DNA of 64,000 bases from Macrostomum lignano. Its lineage: Eukaryota. The stretch covers positions 1-64,000 of the forward strand of contig NIVC01000248.1 in NCBI GenBank assembly GCA_002269645.1, read 5' to 3'. Every line of letters starts with the position of its first letter. The stretch's first letter is position 1. Below are positions 25,175-39,136 of the stretch, one piece after another. Under the pieces are notes generated by a model that had not been told where the DNA came from, did no database searches, and saw only the letters and a list, made by a program, of their open reading frames with translations. The position numbers were made by a program, and so were the translations under genes.

Positions 25175-28100
25175 ATGACAATGCGCCGTTTTGCAACATT
25201 CGATACGCTGCAGATTTTCACGGACAACAGGAATTTTTTGCAGACTGCTTCTACTAATCGTATGTTCAAGAGCAGTAAGTCTTGCTGGCATGGACCCGCC
25301 CGTGAAATTCTAAATGTGAAATTTTTATACAACCAATAGCTTGCATAATCTATTTCAGGCGATAACTTCCCGCTGGGCAGCAAGGATGTCCCAATCGAGC
25401 CGCTGGACGCCCTGCACCGTGCATACCAGATTGATCGGCAACTGGGCAGCGGCGGCTTCGGCCGTGTCTTCCTGGCGATCCGGCGGTCGGACGGCACTCG
25501 GGTGGCCATCAAGTTTATTCTCAAAGCGAAGATGTCTGTGCACTCGTGGTATGAGCTGGTGAGTCTCTTCTGTTTGTTTTCAACTTGATTGATTTGATTT
25601 TCAATATTTAATAATTCGTTTTGGTTACATTTAATACCTTTTTCTTTTCCTTCCCAAATGTTAGCCGAACGGTCACAGAATTCCGTTGGAGTTTCTGCTG
25701 CTGCACAAGTGCCGGCACATCAGCGGCATAGTCAGACCCATCAGTTTCCACGAGGGCCCTACCGAATGGGCCATCGTGATGCCTAAAATCGAAAAAGGCA
25801 TGGACCTGTTTGACTTCATCTCGCGCAGGCGATTTCTGCCGGAATTCGAGGCCAGGAATTTCATTAAACAACTCATTGAAACTCTGCTCGCCTGTCACGA
25901 GGCCGGCGTCCTGCACAGGGACATCAAGGACGAGAACCTGCTGGTTGACCTCGCTGACAACAGGCTGCAGCTCATCGACTTCGGCTCCGGCGCCATTCTG
26001 AAGGAGGAGCAGTACACCGATTTTGATGGTGAGGCTCGCTGCGCAATTTGTTTATCAAATTATCATCATTTATATTGTGATCAAGGGCTACTCAAGTAGA
26101 AAGGCAGGAAACTATATACATTTCTTGGAGAAATTGAAGCAAAATTTTCGTGAGAGGCAGGTTTCACCTCGCTCACAATTTTTTGGCGCTGATGATTGAT
26201 TTTTATCGTCTTACTAGTTGATAATAGATAACAGATGATAGATAATAGATAACAGATGATAGATAATAGATAACAGATGATAGATAATAGATAACAGTTG
26301 ATAGATAATAGATAACAGATGATAGATAATAGATAACAGATGATAGATAATAGATAACAGATGATAGATAATAGATAACAGTTGATAGATAATAGATAAC
26401 AGATGATAGATAATAGATAACAGATGATAGATAATAGATAACAGTTGATAGATAATAGATCACAGATGATAGATAATAGATAACAGTTGATAGATAATAG
26501 ATAACAGATGATAGATAATAGATAACAGATGATAGATAATAGATAACAGATGATAGATAATAGATAACAGATGATAGATAATAGATAACAGTTGATAGAT
26601 AATAGATAACAGATGATAGATAATAGAAAACAGATGATAGATAATAGATAACAGATGATAGATAATAGATAACAGATGATAGATAATAGAAAACAGATGA
26701 TAGATAATAGATAACAGATGATATATAATAGATAACAGATGATAGATAATAGATAACAGATGATAGATAATAGATAACAGATGATAGATAATAGATAACA
26801 GATGATAGATAATAGATAACAGATGATAGATAATAGAAAACAGATGATAGATAATAGATAACAGTTGATAGATAATAGATAACAGATGATAGATAATAGA
26901 TAACAGATGATAGATAATAGATAACAGATGATAGATAATAGATAACAGATGATAGATAATAGAAAACAGATGATAGATAATAGATAACAGTTGATAGATA
27001 ATAGATAACAGATGATAGATAATAGATAACAGATGATAGATAATAGATAACAGATGATAGATAATAGATAACAGATGATAGATAATAGATAACAGTTGAT
27101 AGATAATAGATAACAGATGATAGATAATAGATAACAGATGATATATAATAGATAACAGATGATAGATAATAGATAACAGATGATAGATAATAGATAACAG
27201 ATGATAGATAATAGAAAACAGATGATAGATAATAGATAACAGATGATATATAATAGATAACAGATGATAGATAATAGATAACAGATGATAGATAATAGAT
27301 AACAGATGATAGATAATAGATAACAGATGATAGATAATAGATAACAGATGATAGATAATAGAAAACAGATGATAGATAATAGATAACAGTTGATAGATAA
27401 TAGATAACAGATGATAGATAATAGATAACAGATGATAGATAATAGATAACAGATGATAGATAATAGATAACAGATGATAGATAATAGAAAACAGATGATA
27501 GATAATAGATAACAGTTGATAGATAATAGATAACAGATGATAGATAATAGATAACAGATGATAGATAATAGATAACAGATGATAGATAATAGAAAACAGA
27601 TGATAGATAATAGATAACAGTTGATAGATAATAGATAACAGATGATAGATAATAGATAACAGATGATAGATAATAGAAAACAGATGATAGATAATAGATA
27701 ACAGTTGATAGATAATAGATAACAGATGATAGATAATAGATAACAGATGATATATAATAGATAACAGATGATAGATAATAGATAACAGATGATAGATAAT
27801 AGAAAACAGATGATATATAATAGAAAACAGATGATAGATAATAGATAACAGATGATAGATAATAGATAACAGATGATAGATAATAGAAAACAGATGATAG
27901 ATAATAGATAACAGATGATATATAATAGATAACAGATGATAGATAATAGATAACAGATGATAGATAATAGATAACAGATGATAGATAATAGATAACAGAT
28001 GATAGATAATAGAAAACAGATGATAGATGATAGATAACAGATGATATATAATAGATAACAGATGATAGATAATAGATAACAGATGATAGATAATAGATAA

Positions 28101-29380
28101 CAGATGATAGATAATAGATAACAGATGATAGATAATAGAAAACAGATGATATATAATAGATAACAGATGATAGATAATAGATAACAGATGATAGATAACA
28201 GATGATGGATGATAGAAGAAAGAAATGGGTAATGGGTTTATAAGGCTATACGATTTTCGCACAAAAGAAGCCTTTTTTCAACCCCCAAAATATGCTCTGA
28301 TCTATAATTGTGTTATTTTACAACGCAGAGAGGGCGGGCGCAGTTGCAGGTGGGTTGCAGGGGGCAGTAAAGGGCCCAATTAATTCAGATTCATTTGGCC
28401 AATTGGTTTATAAAATGATCAGGTGCGAGAAATTGACCAATTTTCTCTTAGCTAACTACCCGCATTGCGAAATCAGCCTCTGAGGCTGCCCATCCGAAAT
28501 TTTGGTCACATGACTGCCAGGCAGGCAGTTCTTTCGCACCTACCCTGCTTTCTCCTGAATACTAGGGTCATGACCTGAACTGGACAATCCTATCATCTGC
28601 TGGGCGCTTGGGACGATTGTGAGATCCGGTGCTGGGGTCAAGGAGGTCAGCATGTACACACCCTGTGCCTTGGGGGGGGGGGTGGCACTCTAGTTGTGAA
28701 TTGACAGATGAACCACATGATGCGCCTCCTGCTTGCCTCTTCCATTGCTGCCTTTTAACTGGCAACTCACTCGCCTCACTTTGCTCGCAGGCACCCGCGT
28801 GTACAGCCCGCCTGAGTGGATCCGTTGGCGACGCTACCACGGCAAGCCGGCCGAGGTCTGGGCGCTGGGCATCCTGCTATTCGACATGGTCTGCGGCGAC
28901 ATCCCGTTCGAACGCGACGACCAGATCTGTCACAGCGGGCCGCGGTTCAAGCGCCGTCTGAGTCGGCAGTGCCGCCAGCTGATCCTGGCCTGCCTGCAGA
29001 CAGAGCCCAGCAAGCGGCCCAGCCTCCGGGAGATGCTGCGCCATCCCTGGATCGCGGATCCCAGCATCAGTGCCAATGCGGCCACCTCCTGTGCCAGCAG
29101 CTCCAGCGGCTTCGGTGGCGGCCCGACAGACTCGGACAGCCGCGACGAGTCGCTGCCGCGCCGCTCTGCTGCCCAGAAGCGCCCGGCGGCGGCCGACCAG
29201 CCGTCCAGGGCCGCCAAGGACTCACCGTCGCCGCCGCTGGTGCGGTTCACCATCTCCGGTGGCAGCGGCAGCGGCGAGTCCTTGGACTCCAACCTGCTGC
29301 TACACGAGGCCGAAACTGCCGCCGCCATCTGCGGCCAGGCCATCAGCTCGTCCGATTCGGGCTACGCCGCATCGCAGTGA
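25175..29380 (+). CDS. pim: PIM-family Ser/Thr kinase, paralog A; exons ~25175-25274 (start uncertain), 25359-25558, 25665-26028, 28791-29380; ~417 aa
   Basis: [52 protein letters not shown]|[30 protein letters not shown]; the [11 protein letters not shown] and CGDIPFE motifs are PIM-typical. Splice sites are GT/AG and in phase. Confidence 0.93.
26212..28205. repeat. Intronic minisatellite, 21-bp unit (3 x 7-mer), ~95 copies
   Basis: (gatagataatagataacagat)n fills intron 26029-28790 of kinase A; it is the source of the spurious 600-aa ORF. Confidence 0.98.
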
Positions 29381-30649
29381 ATCGCGCGTTAAAACAAATG
29401 CAAGGGGGTCATTTAAGGTCAGCTAGTTGTCGAGTATTTCGGCTAAAACTCTGGCCCGGCATCAACTTGTAAAAAATGATCATTTTTGTCAGCGTTTCTA
29501 CGAATTTCATCAGTAATCATTAGTGACCCAATAACTTGATGAAGGTCCTTTGAGGCCGGGCCAGATTGAGGCCAGAACCCCCACACTGAACCAAAAGCAG
29601 TTAACAAAGTTGCAGATTATTTGCATAATTATTACTTTAGAGCTTGTCAATTGCAGATTTTGATATAGAAATAATCTATATTCCATTTTTTGCAGCTTTT
29701 GTCAATCCATAATTCGATTTTCATTTTTATCATTTGCATTGGAGCTTTTTCCCGCAGACAGCCAATCTTCATTCCAGTCTTTGTTGCTCACTCCATCAAT
29801 CAAACTGTACGCATCAATTATAGATTTGATTAACTTGAAACTCCTCCCGAGCAGCTCACCTGTTTTTGACCAGTCTGCAGATGGCAGAGTTCAGCAATTA
29901 TTTTGTACATAATCCTCTGCGTTTTTGTATTCGAAGAGTTTTAACGATATAACTGCCCGCATCGCACCTGTGCCCCTTAATCACCTCATTTACTGGCTGT
30001 TGTTGGAATTGCTTTTAACCAGAGTTAATCCTCACTGCATGCAACCAGTCTTTGTGACCGCTCCTGCGCTTTCCTGGGCAAACGCCCGCGTGGTCTTTGT
30101 TCTCAAGCTGAGCCATTTTACGTTTTCCTTGCTCCAAGCAGATCCTTGCTGGCGGTTTAAAACTGAAGAGAAAATACCTGCACAGTGACTTTCCTGTCTT
30201 TCCTCTGCTCCGCAACAAGCAGATGGGCTTCGTAAGTCTTCTCCTGTTCTCGTGCGTTTTCAAGCTTTGCAAATTCTGCTTTAACTGTGTTTTGTCTCCC
30301 TATCCCGGTTCTGCCTGCAGGTGTACCGCAGGTGTTCTGATTGTAAAGCAACAACCGTGTTTGGCCCCTTTGGCCGGCTCAGAGCGCGCCATCTTGTCAA
30401 GAAAGCGTTTTAATTTTTTACAGTAATCTTTCATTCTTTCATTCAATTTCAACGCAACTCTAATTTTGTAATAACTTGAGAATTTTATTATATTTGAAAA
30501 ATATACATTGGCCAATCGTGTACCTGAGTTCGTCTTGGTCTCAGTCCTGCGATCGTTGTTGAAAATTCAACATTCATTTTTGTGGTATTATTAATAGTTC
30601 GTTGCTTATATTCATTTCTTCTTCTAGCGCCACCTCTGATGTTAGAGAT

Positions 30650-30875
30650 GCGCCATCTCGGTTGTTAAAAGCGCCATTTCTGGGGTGCTGGAGGCGCCAC
30701 CTCTCGGGTGCTGGAGGCGCCATCTCTAGGGTTGCTGGAGGCGCCACCTCTGGGGTGCTGGAGGCGCCACCTCTGGGGTGCTGGAGGCGCCATCTCTAGG
30801 GTTGCTGGAGGCGCCACCTCTGGGGTGCTGGAGGCGCCACCTCTGGGGTGCTGGAGGCGCCATCTCTAGGGTTCT
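30650..30875. repeat. Minisatellite, 23/24-bp unit
   Basis: (gcgccacctctggggtgctggag)n with a 23/23/24 higher-order pattern. Confidence 0.92.
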
Positions 30876-31727
30876 GTAGGAGTCATCTCAGATTTCTGAC
30901 GCCTACAAAAATGGACTCAAGTGCAGAGCTCTTAACTTAGCGAACATGTAGCTGGCTGGGCATTTCCTGGAATCGCCACCGAAAGCAGAACGCTGCTATG
31001 GAAATTCCAGTTCAAGCGAATAAACAAAATTAAACTGTGTTGCCACCCTGGACAGTTTTGGAACAGGAAATTCCACGCGCATAAGAGGGCCGCACTGTGC
31101 ATGACGTTGGATCGGATTTACGCACTGGATCAGCTGATCGGAGTTGCACCTCGTCAACCCTTTGCGACCTCCGCTCTGACCCTCGGCGGCAAGTACCATA
31201 CAATTCTTATCAATTCCAAAAGTTTTTACCCCCACTGCTATGAAGTCAGCGGCACAATTGAAGATCTGTGCAACTATAGTGAATTCAGATTAGTTTGAAT
31301 CGATGGACGCCTTAAGATTCTAGGAATGCATACAGGACGTCCATCGCCTGACCTTAAATGCATATCGAATTCATCTGAATGTTCCGAACTCACACAGGGG
31401 GTCACTATACATTATAGAAGTTCCTACTCTGCAAGCCCTAAAGTGTGCATTTGCTGCATTGTTAATTTGCCACTGCCCGAGCCAGACTGTCTGACCTCGA
31501 GGCGGTGAGAAGCGAAGCATGTATCAGATTGTCATCAAAGACTGCAGTTCCTTGCCTGCGAAAGTCTGCTGTAAATCATGCATCGTAAACAAAGCACAGA
31601 ACCCGCCCATCGCACTGAAGTGAAGCACGGACAGATCAAATAAAGTGTCTTGAGGCGAATTTGTATCGATTACGAGGCAGCAGTGGCAGACAAGGGTCAA
31701 ATTTCTGTGAGTTTGACTTTCAGAAAT

Positions 31728-32835
<1,108 letters not shown>

Positions 32836-33394
32836 ACAGGAAAGAGGAGCTTGAAGAGGCAGCTGTCACAGTCACAGTCACAAAGGCTATTGTTTGTTAG
32901 AAAGTTATTTTCATAATTTTGGAATTTAGTAGAAAGATTGAGCACGTGATGAAGATTAGATGCCTTGGATTTTTGCTTCTTTTCCTGATCTGCTTTCCGC
33001 ATCATGTGAGGCTTAGCGCAACTCTGACAAAATATCTTTGATTCCTGCTGTAGAGAACGACTTGCACCGAAAGTGGGCTCTGCTGCTTTTATTATGAAAG
33101 AGCTCCACCCAGTTATTGTTCCAGTTTGAGTACAGCTGCATGAATTTTATTGGATGCGTGTGCCTGTGATACTATGATTAATTTCCTGTGTTTACTGCAG
33201 CAGCTCTTTGTGCTCATGACTGATCATAACAACTATCAGGGTTTTTTGCAATCAAATGAATTTCCTAGCAGATCGGTGGCCGTTGTTAACGGTGGCAACA
33301 CGGTTTGACAACCCTTCATATGAGGCCTAAAAGACGCTAAAAACATGTAAAGCTGGAGATGTTAGTTCTAAGCTAAGATTAGAACTAACAGCAG

Positions 33395-34460
33395 AGATCT
33401 AAGCATGAGCAGTGAGATCTAGGCGCATGAGCAGTGAGATCTAAGCATGAGCAGTGAGTTCTAAGCATTAGCAGTGAGATCAAAGCATGAGCAGTGAGTT
33501 CTAAGCATGAGCAGTGAGTTCTAAGCATGAGCAGTGAGATTTAAGCATGAGCAGTGAGATTTAAGCATGAGCAGTGAGATCTAAGCATTAGCAGTGAGAT
33601 CTAAGCATGAGCAGTGAGTTCTAAGCATGAGCAGTGAGTTCTAAGCATGAGCAGTGAGATTTAAGCATGAGCAGTGAGATTTAAGCATGAGCAGTGAGAT
33701 TTAAGCATGAGCAGTGAGATCTAAGCATTAGCAGTGAGATCTAAGCATTAGCAGTGAGTGCTAAGCATGAGCAGTGAGATCTAAGCATGAGCAGTGAGTT
33801 CTAAGCATGAGCAGTGAGTTCTAAGCATGAGCAGTGAGATCTAAGCATGAGCAGTGAGTTCTAAGCATGAGCAGTGAGTTCTAAGCATGAGCAGTGAGTT
33901 CTAAGCATGAGCAGTGAGTTCTAAGCATGAGCAGTGAGTTCTAAGCATGAGCAGTGAGTTCTAAGCATGAGCAGTGAGATTTAAGCATGAGCAGTGAGAT
34001 TTAAGCATGAGCAGTGAGATCTAAGCATTAGCAGTGAGATCTAAGCATGAGCAGTGAGTTCTAAGCATGAGCAGTGAGTTCTAAGCATGAGCAGTGAGTT
34101 CTAAGCATGAGCAGTGAGATCTAAGCATGAGCAGTGAGATCTAAGCATGAGCAGTGAGTTCTAAGCATGAGCAGTGAGTTCTAAGCATGAGCAGTGAGTT
34201 CTAAGCATGAGCAGTGAGTTCTAAGCATGAGCAGTGAGATCTAAGCATGAGCAGTGAGTTCTAAGCATGAGCAGTGAGTTCTAAGCATGAGCAGTGAGTT
34301 CTAAGCATGAGCAGTGAGTTCTAAGCATGAGCAGTGAGTTCTAAGCATGAGCAGTGAGTTCTAAGCATGAGCAGTGAGATCTAAGCATGAGCAGTGAGTT
34401 CTAAGCATGAGCAGTGAGTTCTAAGCATGAGCAGTGAGATCTAAGCATTAGCAGTGAGTT
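33395..34460. repeat. Minisatellite, 20-bp unit, ~52 copies
   Basis: (ctaagcatgagcagtgagwt)n. Confidence 0.98.
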
Positions 34461-35199
34461 CAAGATTTTTCTGTACCTTTTTATTTATCGGTGTTTTTTG
34501 CTAATACTGGGTAACCAATTTGTAACCAATTTCCGTCTTTAGAAGTCAATAGCGCCCATGACCAACGATCGTCAGCAGCTGTACTCATTAACCCCTGTAC
34601 CCATTTGATTCATTATCTACCCGAACAATTAGCCTCAAGCCTAAGCGTTGCAACTCATGAAAAAGTTTTTAACCTCTAATCAAAGTGGGAAAAAACAAGA
34701 AAATAAACAGGCCCTTGAAAACAACTGGTTGAATAGGAAGGAGCCTTGTAATTCACATATGCTTGTTTTTGTTTGTAAGATTCACATTTCAACTCGGCTG
34801 CATGGGCACAGCAGAGGGGAGAGTGGCTATCTCAGCCAGTATCTCTGTCTAAGTGCACGCCTAATTTGCTTTTGCTTGTTTATTGCTTGACCAAACTGTT
34901 TTGTTAGCTTCTGCACCCTGGGCGTGACCCCAGCGTTAGCGGAGCGATATAGAAATTCACAACTAATTGCGAACTACGGACTTTGGACTCAACTATTTGG
35001 AATTCCACTATTTTGAAAATTTTCACACTTTGAATTGAGTTGGTAACAGCTGAGTAAAAAGATCACCCACTGCAACAGATGTCGAGTCGAGTCGCAACTT
35101 AACCATCAGAAATTAGCTGTGAGAACAATACTGCAGCATAGCCATTACTGCAGCATAGCCATTGTACTTGCTCTGAAGGCTTGCGCCTTCACCTAGGGG

Positions 35200-35970
35200 C
35201 CCACACCTGGGAGACAGGGGGGCAACCACACACCTGGGAGACAGGGGCACCCACACACCTGGGAGACAGGGGCAACCACACACCTGGGAGACAGGGGCAA
35301 CCACACACCTGGGAGACAGGGGCACCCACACATCTGGGAGACAGGGGCAACCACACACCTGGGAGACAGGAGCACCCACACACCTGGGAGACAGGGGCAC
35401 CCACACACCTGGGAGACAGGGGCACCCACACACCTGGGAGACAGGGGCACCCACACACCTGGGAGACAGGGGCACCCACACACCTGGGAGACAGGAGGCA
35501 ACCACACACCTGGGAGACAGGGGGCACCAACACCTGGGAGACAGGGGCAACCACACACCTGGGATTGAGGGGCCCACACACCTGGGAGAGAGGGGCCCAC
35601 ACACCTGGGAGACAGGGGGCAACCTCACACCTGGGAGACAGGGGGCACCAACACACCTGGGAGACAGGGGGCAACCACACACCTGGGAGACAGGGGGCAC
35701 CAACACCTGGGAGACAGGGGCACCCACACACCTGTGAGACAGGGGGCACCCACACACCTGTGAGACAGGGGGCACCCACACACCTGTGAGACAGGGGGCA
35801 ACCACACACCTGGGAGACAGGGGCACCCACACACCTGGGAGACAGGGGCACCCACACATCTGGGAGACAGGGGCAACCACACATCTGGGAGACAGGGGCA
35901 ATCACACACCTGGGAGACAAGGGGCAACCACACATCTGGAAGACAGGGGGCTACCACACATCTGGGAGAT
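35200..35970. repeat. Minisatellite, ~25-bp unit
   Basis: (gggagacaggggcacccacacacct)n; source of several spurious ORFs. Confidence 0.96.
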
Positions 35971-36785
35971 GGCGGAGATGGAGCGTAGCCCTAAACGGAG
36001 CCAATATTTTGCCAATTAGTGGGCGATAAACTTAGTGGGCGCCCCTTACTTCTGTGTTTCTTAGGCCGATGGATCCATGTCTCAAGAAGTGGCAAAAGGT
36101 TGAGCTGCAGTCATTCGTCGAGCTGGGTTACCTCTTTCATTTAGTTTTGGGAGCTGCGGCCTCCCTGCCCCCTCCTGCCTCAACACTAGCAGGAGGGGAC
36201 AAAGGCGAGCATGCTGAACGCTGCTGATCTGATGCCCTCGAAGAAAGCTGCTGAGTATTGAGCGTCTATAATAACATCAGTCCCTTTAATTTCGTGAGAA
36301 GATTGTTGAGATAGTTGGACTTCTAGGGCTGGTCCGTGGAGAAAGAGGAGACAGGTGCTCAGTGAAAGAGCCGACACTGTGATTAATAGTGCCTGGTTCA
36401 TTCTAAATCAATGTCAAACGACATCATCTGAAAAGTAAGCAGGCTTAAAATAGCCATATAAATTTCAGTTTCGTTATTCAACTGCTCACTTAACGTTCCC
36501 CTGTTGTAGCAGAAACTTTGACCGAAAAAAGTGACACCGCAATGCGACAGGCAGTTTTTATTGCCGGCAACAGATGTCGACCGTCTCTTTGATTATGAAT
36601 TTTGTTGCCCCGCATTTTGAGCTTGCTAACGCCGAAACAACGATTTTAAGCTGTTCCAGTTTTGCAAGCTGCCAAAAGAGGACAGCTGTCGGTAGGAACA
36701 GAGTATTTCAGTTCAGACATTCCCAAATCTGTATTGAATTTTCCGACACAGTTCCGACTCGCGGCTGACAGCTAAGAAGCACAAC

Positions 36786-39136
36786 ATGCCAGGAGTGGGC
36801 GCACAGATTCTCACAGGTATGCATAATGCTTCCAACTTGTATTGTACTTATGGAAAAAACTTTTTAAATATTGAAAATTGAAAGAACTTTGTTTTACTGA
36901 CTTTCCGTTGTCAAATTTTACTAAATAATTCTCAATGCAGTTTCTTGATCGTTTCAGTTTTGTGCACTTTTGCCGGATTCGAGGCACTGGATTTGGAAGG
37001 TAAGTTGCTTTCTTGCGAATTTCGTCTAGCTTGCTTCTAGACACGGTTGTCCACTTCTAGACACGGTTGTCCACTTCTAGATTCGGTTGTCCACTTCTAG
37101 ATACGGTTGTCCACTTCTAGATACGGTTGTCCACTTCTAGATACGGTTGTCCACTTCTAGATACGGTTGTCCACTTCTAGATACGGTTGTCCACTTCTAG
37201 ACATGGTTGTCCACTTCTAGACATGGTTGTCCACTTCTAGACATGGTTGTCCACTTTGAGACACGCATGTCCACTTCCAGATAAGGGCCTTCCCAATTTA
37301 AGACAGGAAATTCAAACTACATTTCAGCCTCCAACGCGGGAAACAGGTCCATCAGCAACGGCAAAAGCACCAACACAACGCTTAACATTGACAGCTACTG
37401 GTCGAAAACATGCACAACGTTCGACGCAACACCTTGGGGCTGGCCGTGCTTGCTGGCCATACCTTCAAGAAGCAACAGTAGTAGTCCGACTTCTGAAAAC
37501 GGTGCGTGATGTACATGTATCTCGTACACTGTATTTGGCCGTTAATTACTTCGATGCAGAGTGTGTCAATGCCGAAATGCATGTCATGGAGTTCAAGAGA
37601 GGTTCTCTCGATTCACTGTTCAGAGATTCATAGATTCAGACATTCTTGACGACCTTTTATAACTCTGATGCCTATTCTATTCCAGGCGATAACTTCCCGC
37701 TGGGCAGCAAGGATGTCCCAATCGAGCCGCTGGACGCTCTGCACCGTGAATACCAGATTGATCGGCAACTGGGCAGCGGCGGCTTCGGCCGTGTCTTCCT
37801 GGCGACCCGGCGGTCGGACGGCACTCGGGTGGCCATCAAGTTTATTTTAAAGGAGAATCTGCCTGAGGACGCCTGGCACGAGTTGGTGGGTCAACCAACG
37901 CATTTGCATCAATTTTTATCGAGAATTATTTAGCAAAATGTTGCAACTGACTTAGTCAAAAGTTGACATTTTTTGGAGGACAAATACATAGGGGTTCCTT
38001 GTGGTTAGAGCGTCGGACTCACGACTTGAACTAAGCTCTTACGTAAGTTAGTGAGTGTGCAAGCGGGTGACATAATGATGCAGCTGTTTGAAGACTCTCT
38101 GTCAGTAAAAAAAATCAAGTTGGAGTACCAGCTTTATGTAATGCGAATGTATTTCTACTTTTTTGTTAAAATTTCCAGCCAGACGGTCACCGAATTCCAC
38201 TGGAGTTTCTGCTGCTGCACAAATGTCGACACATCAGTGGCGTTTTGCAGCCCATCAGCTTCCACGAAGGCCTCACTAGGTGGGCCATCGTGATGCCGAA
38301 ACTGGAAAAGGGCGTGGAACTGTTTAAATTGGTTTCGTACAGGGGATTTCTGTTGGAGTTCGAGGCCCGGAGCTTCATGAAACAGCTGATTGAGACGCTA
38401 ATCGCCTGTCACAAGGTTGGGGTCCTGCACAGGGACGTCAAAGAAGAAAACTTGCTGATCGATTTCCGGAATAAAAGTTTGAAGCTCATTGACTTCGGTT
38501 CCGGCGCCATTCTGAAGGAGGGGCCGTACACCGACTTTGATGGTGAGCATTAGCGGGTCGGAATATTACACTTAACCCTAACTTGAATTGGCAATTCCTC
38601 AGTAAGAACTAACGCTACACTACATTTGTCCTAGAAATGAATAGGAGGCCCCCAGTACAGGAACGCATACTTGTCATATCTAGAGCATTTAGCTTCGTAG
38701 TATGCTCTCAAGAACTTTTCAAACCGAAAATGTCTATGTGGCCTTCACCATCATGACCCACCTGTATGGTCGAACTCCGCCAACAACCCGCGCAGGCACC
38801 CGGGTGTACAGCCCGCCAGAGTGGATCCGTTGGCGACGCTACCGCGGCAAGCCGGCCGAGGTCTGGTCGCTGGGCATCCTGCTATTCAGCATGGTCTGCG
38901 GCGACGTGCCGTTCAAGCGGGAAAGCCAGATCGGCGTCACAGGTCCGCGGTTCGATCGCCAGTTGAGCCGGCAGTGCCGCCAGCTGATTCTGGCCTGCCT
39001 GCAAATCGAGCCCAACAGGCGGCCCAGCCTTCAGGAAATGCTGCGCCATCCCTGGATCGCTGATCCCAGCATCAGTGCCAATGCACCGTCCGCCGTGGCT
39101 GACAGGGAAGAGGACGACTGTGAAGACAATGGATGA
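36786..39136 (+). CDS. pim: PIM-family Ser/Thr kinase, paralog B; exons 36786-36816, 37328-37501 (both tentative), 37686-37885, 38179-38542, 38796-39136; ~369 aa
   Basis: Same kinase exon sizes (200 and 364 nt) and phases as paralog A; [41 protein letters not shown]. The two upstream exons join in frame through phase-1 GT/AG sites (MPGVGAQILT|ASNAGN...TSENG|DNFPLG). Confidence 0.9.
37030..37280. repeat. Intronic minisatellite, 20-bp unit
   Basis: (atacggttgtccacttctag)n. Confidence 0.95.

Noticed and set aside
26203-28262. 600-aa and 86-aa ORFs (IIYHLLS repeats)
   Set aside because: Stop-free translation of a 21-bp intronic minisatellite on the strand opposite the kinase gene.
37990-38035. 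tRNA-like 5' half (tggttagagcgtcggactc) in a PIM intron
   Set aside because: No B box or 3' half; too short to call.
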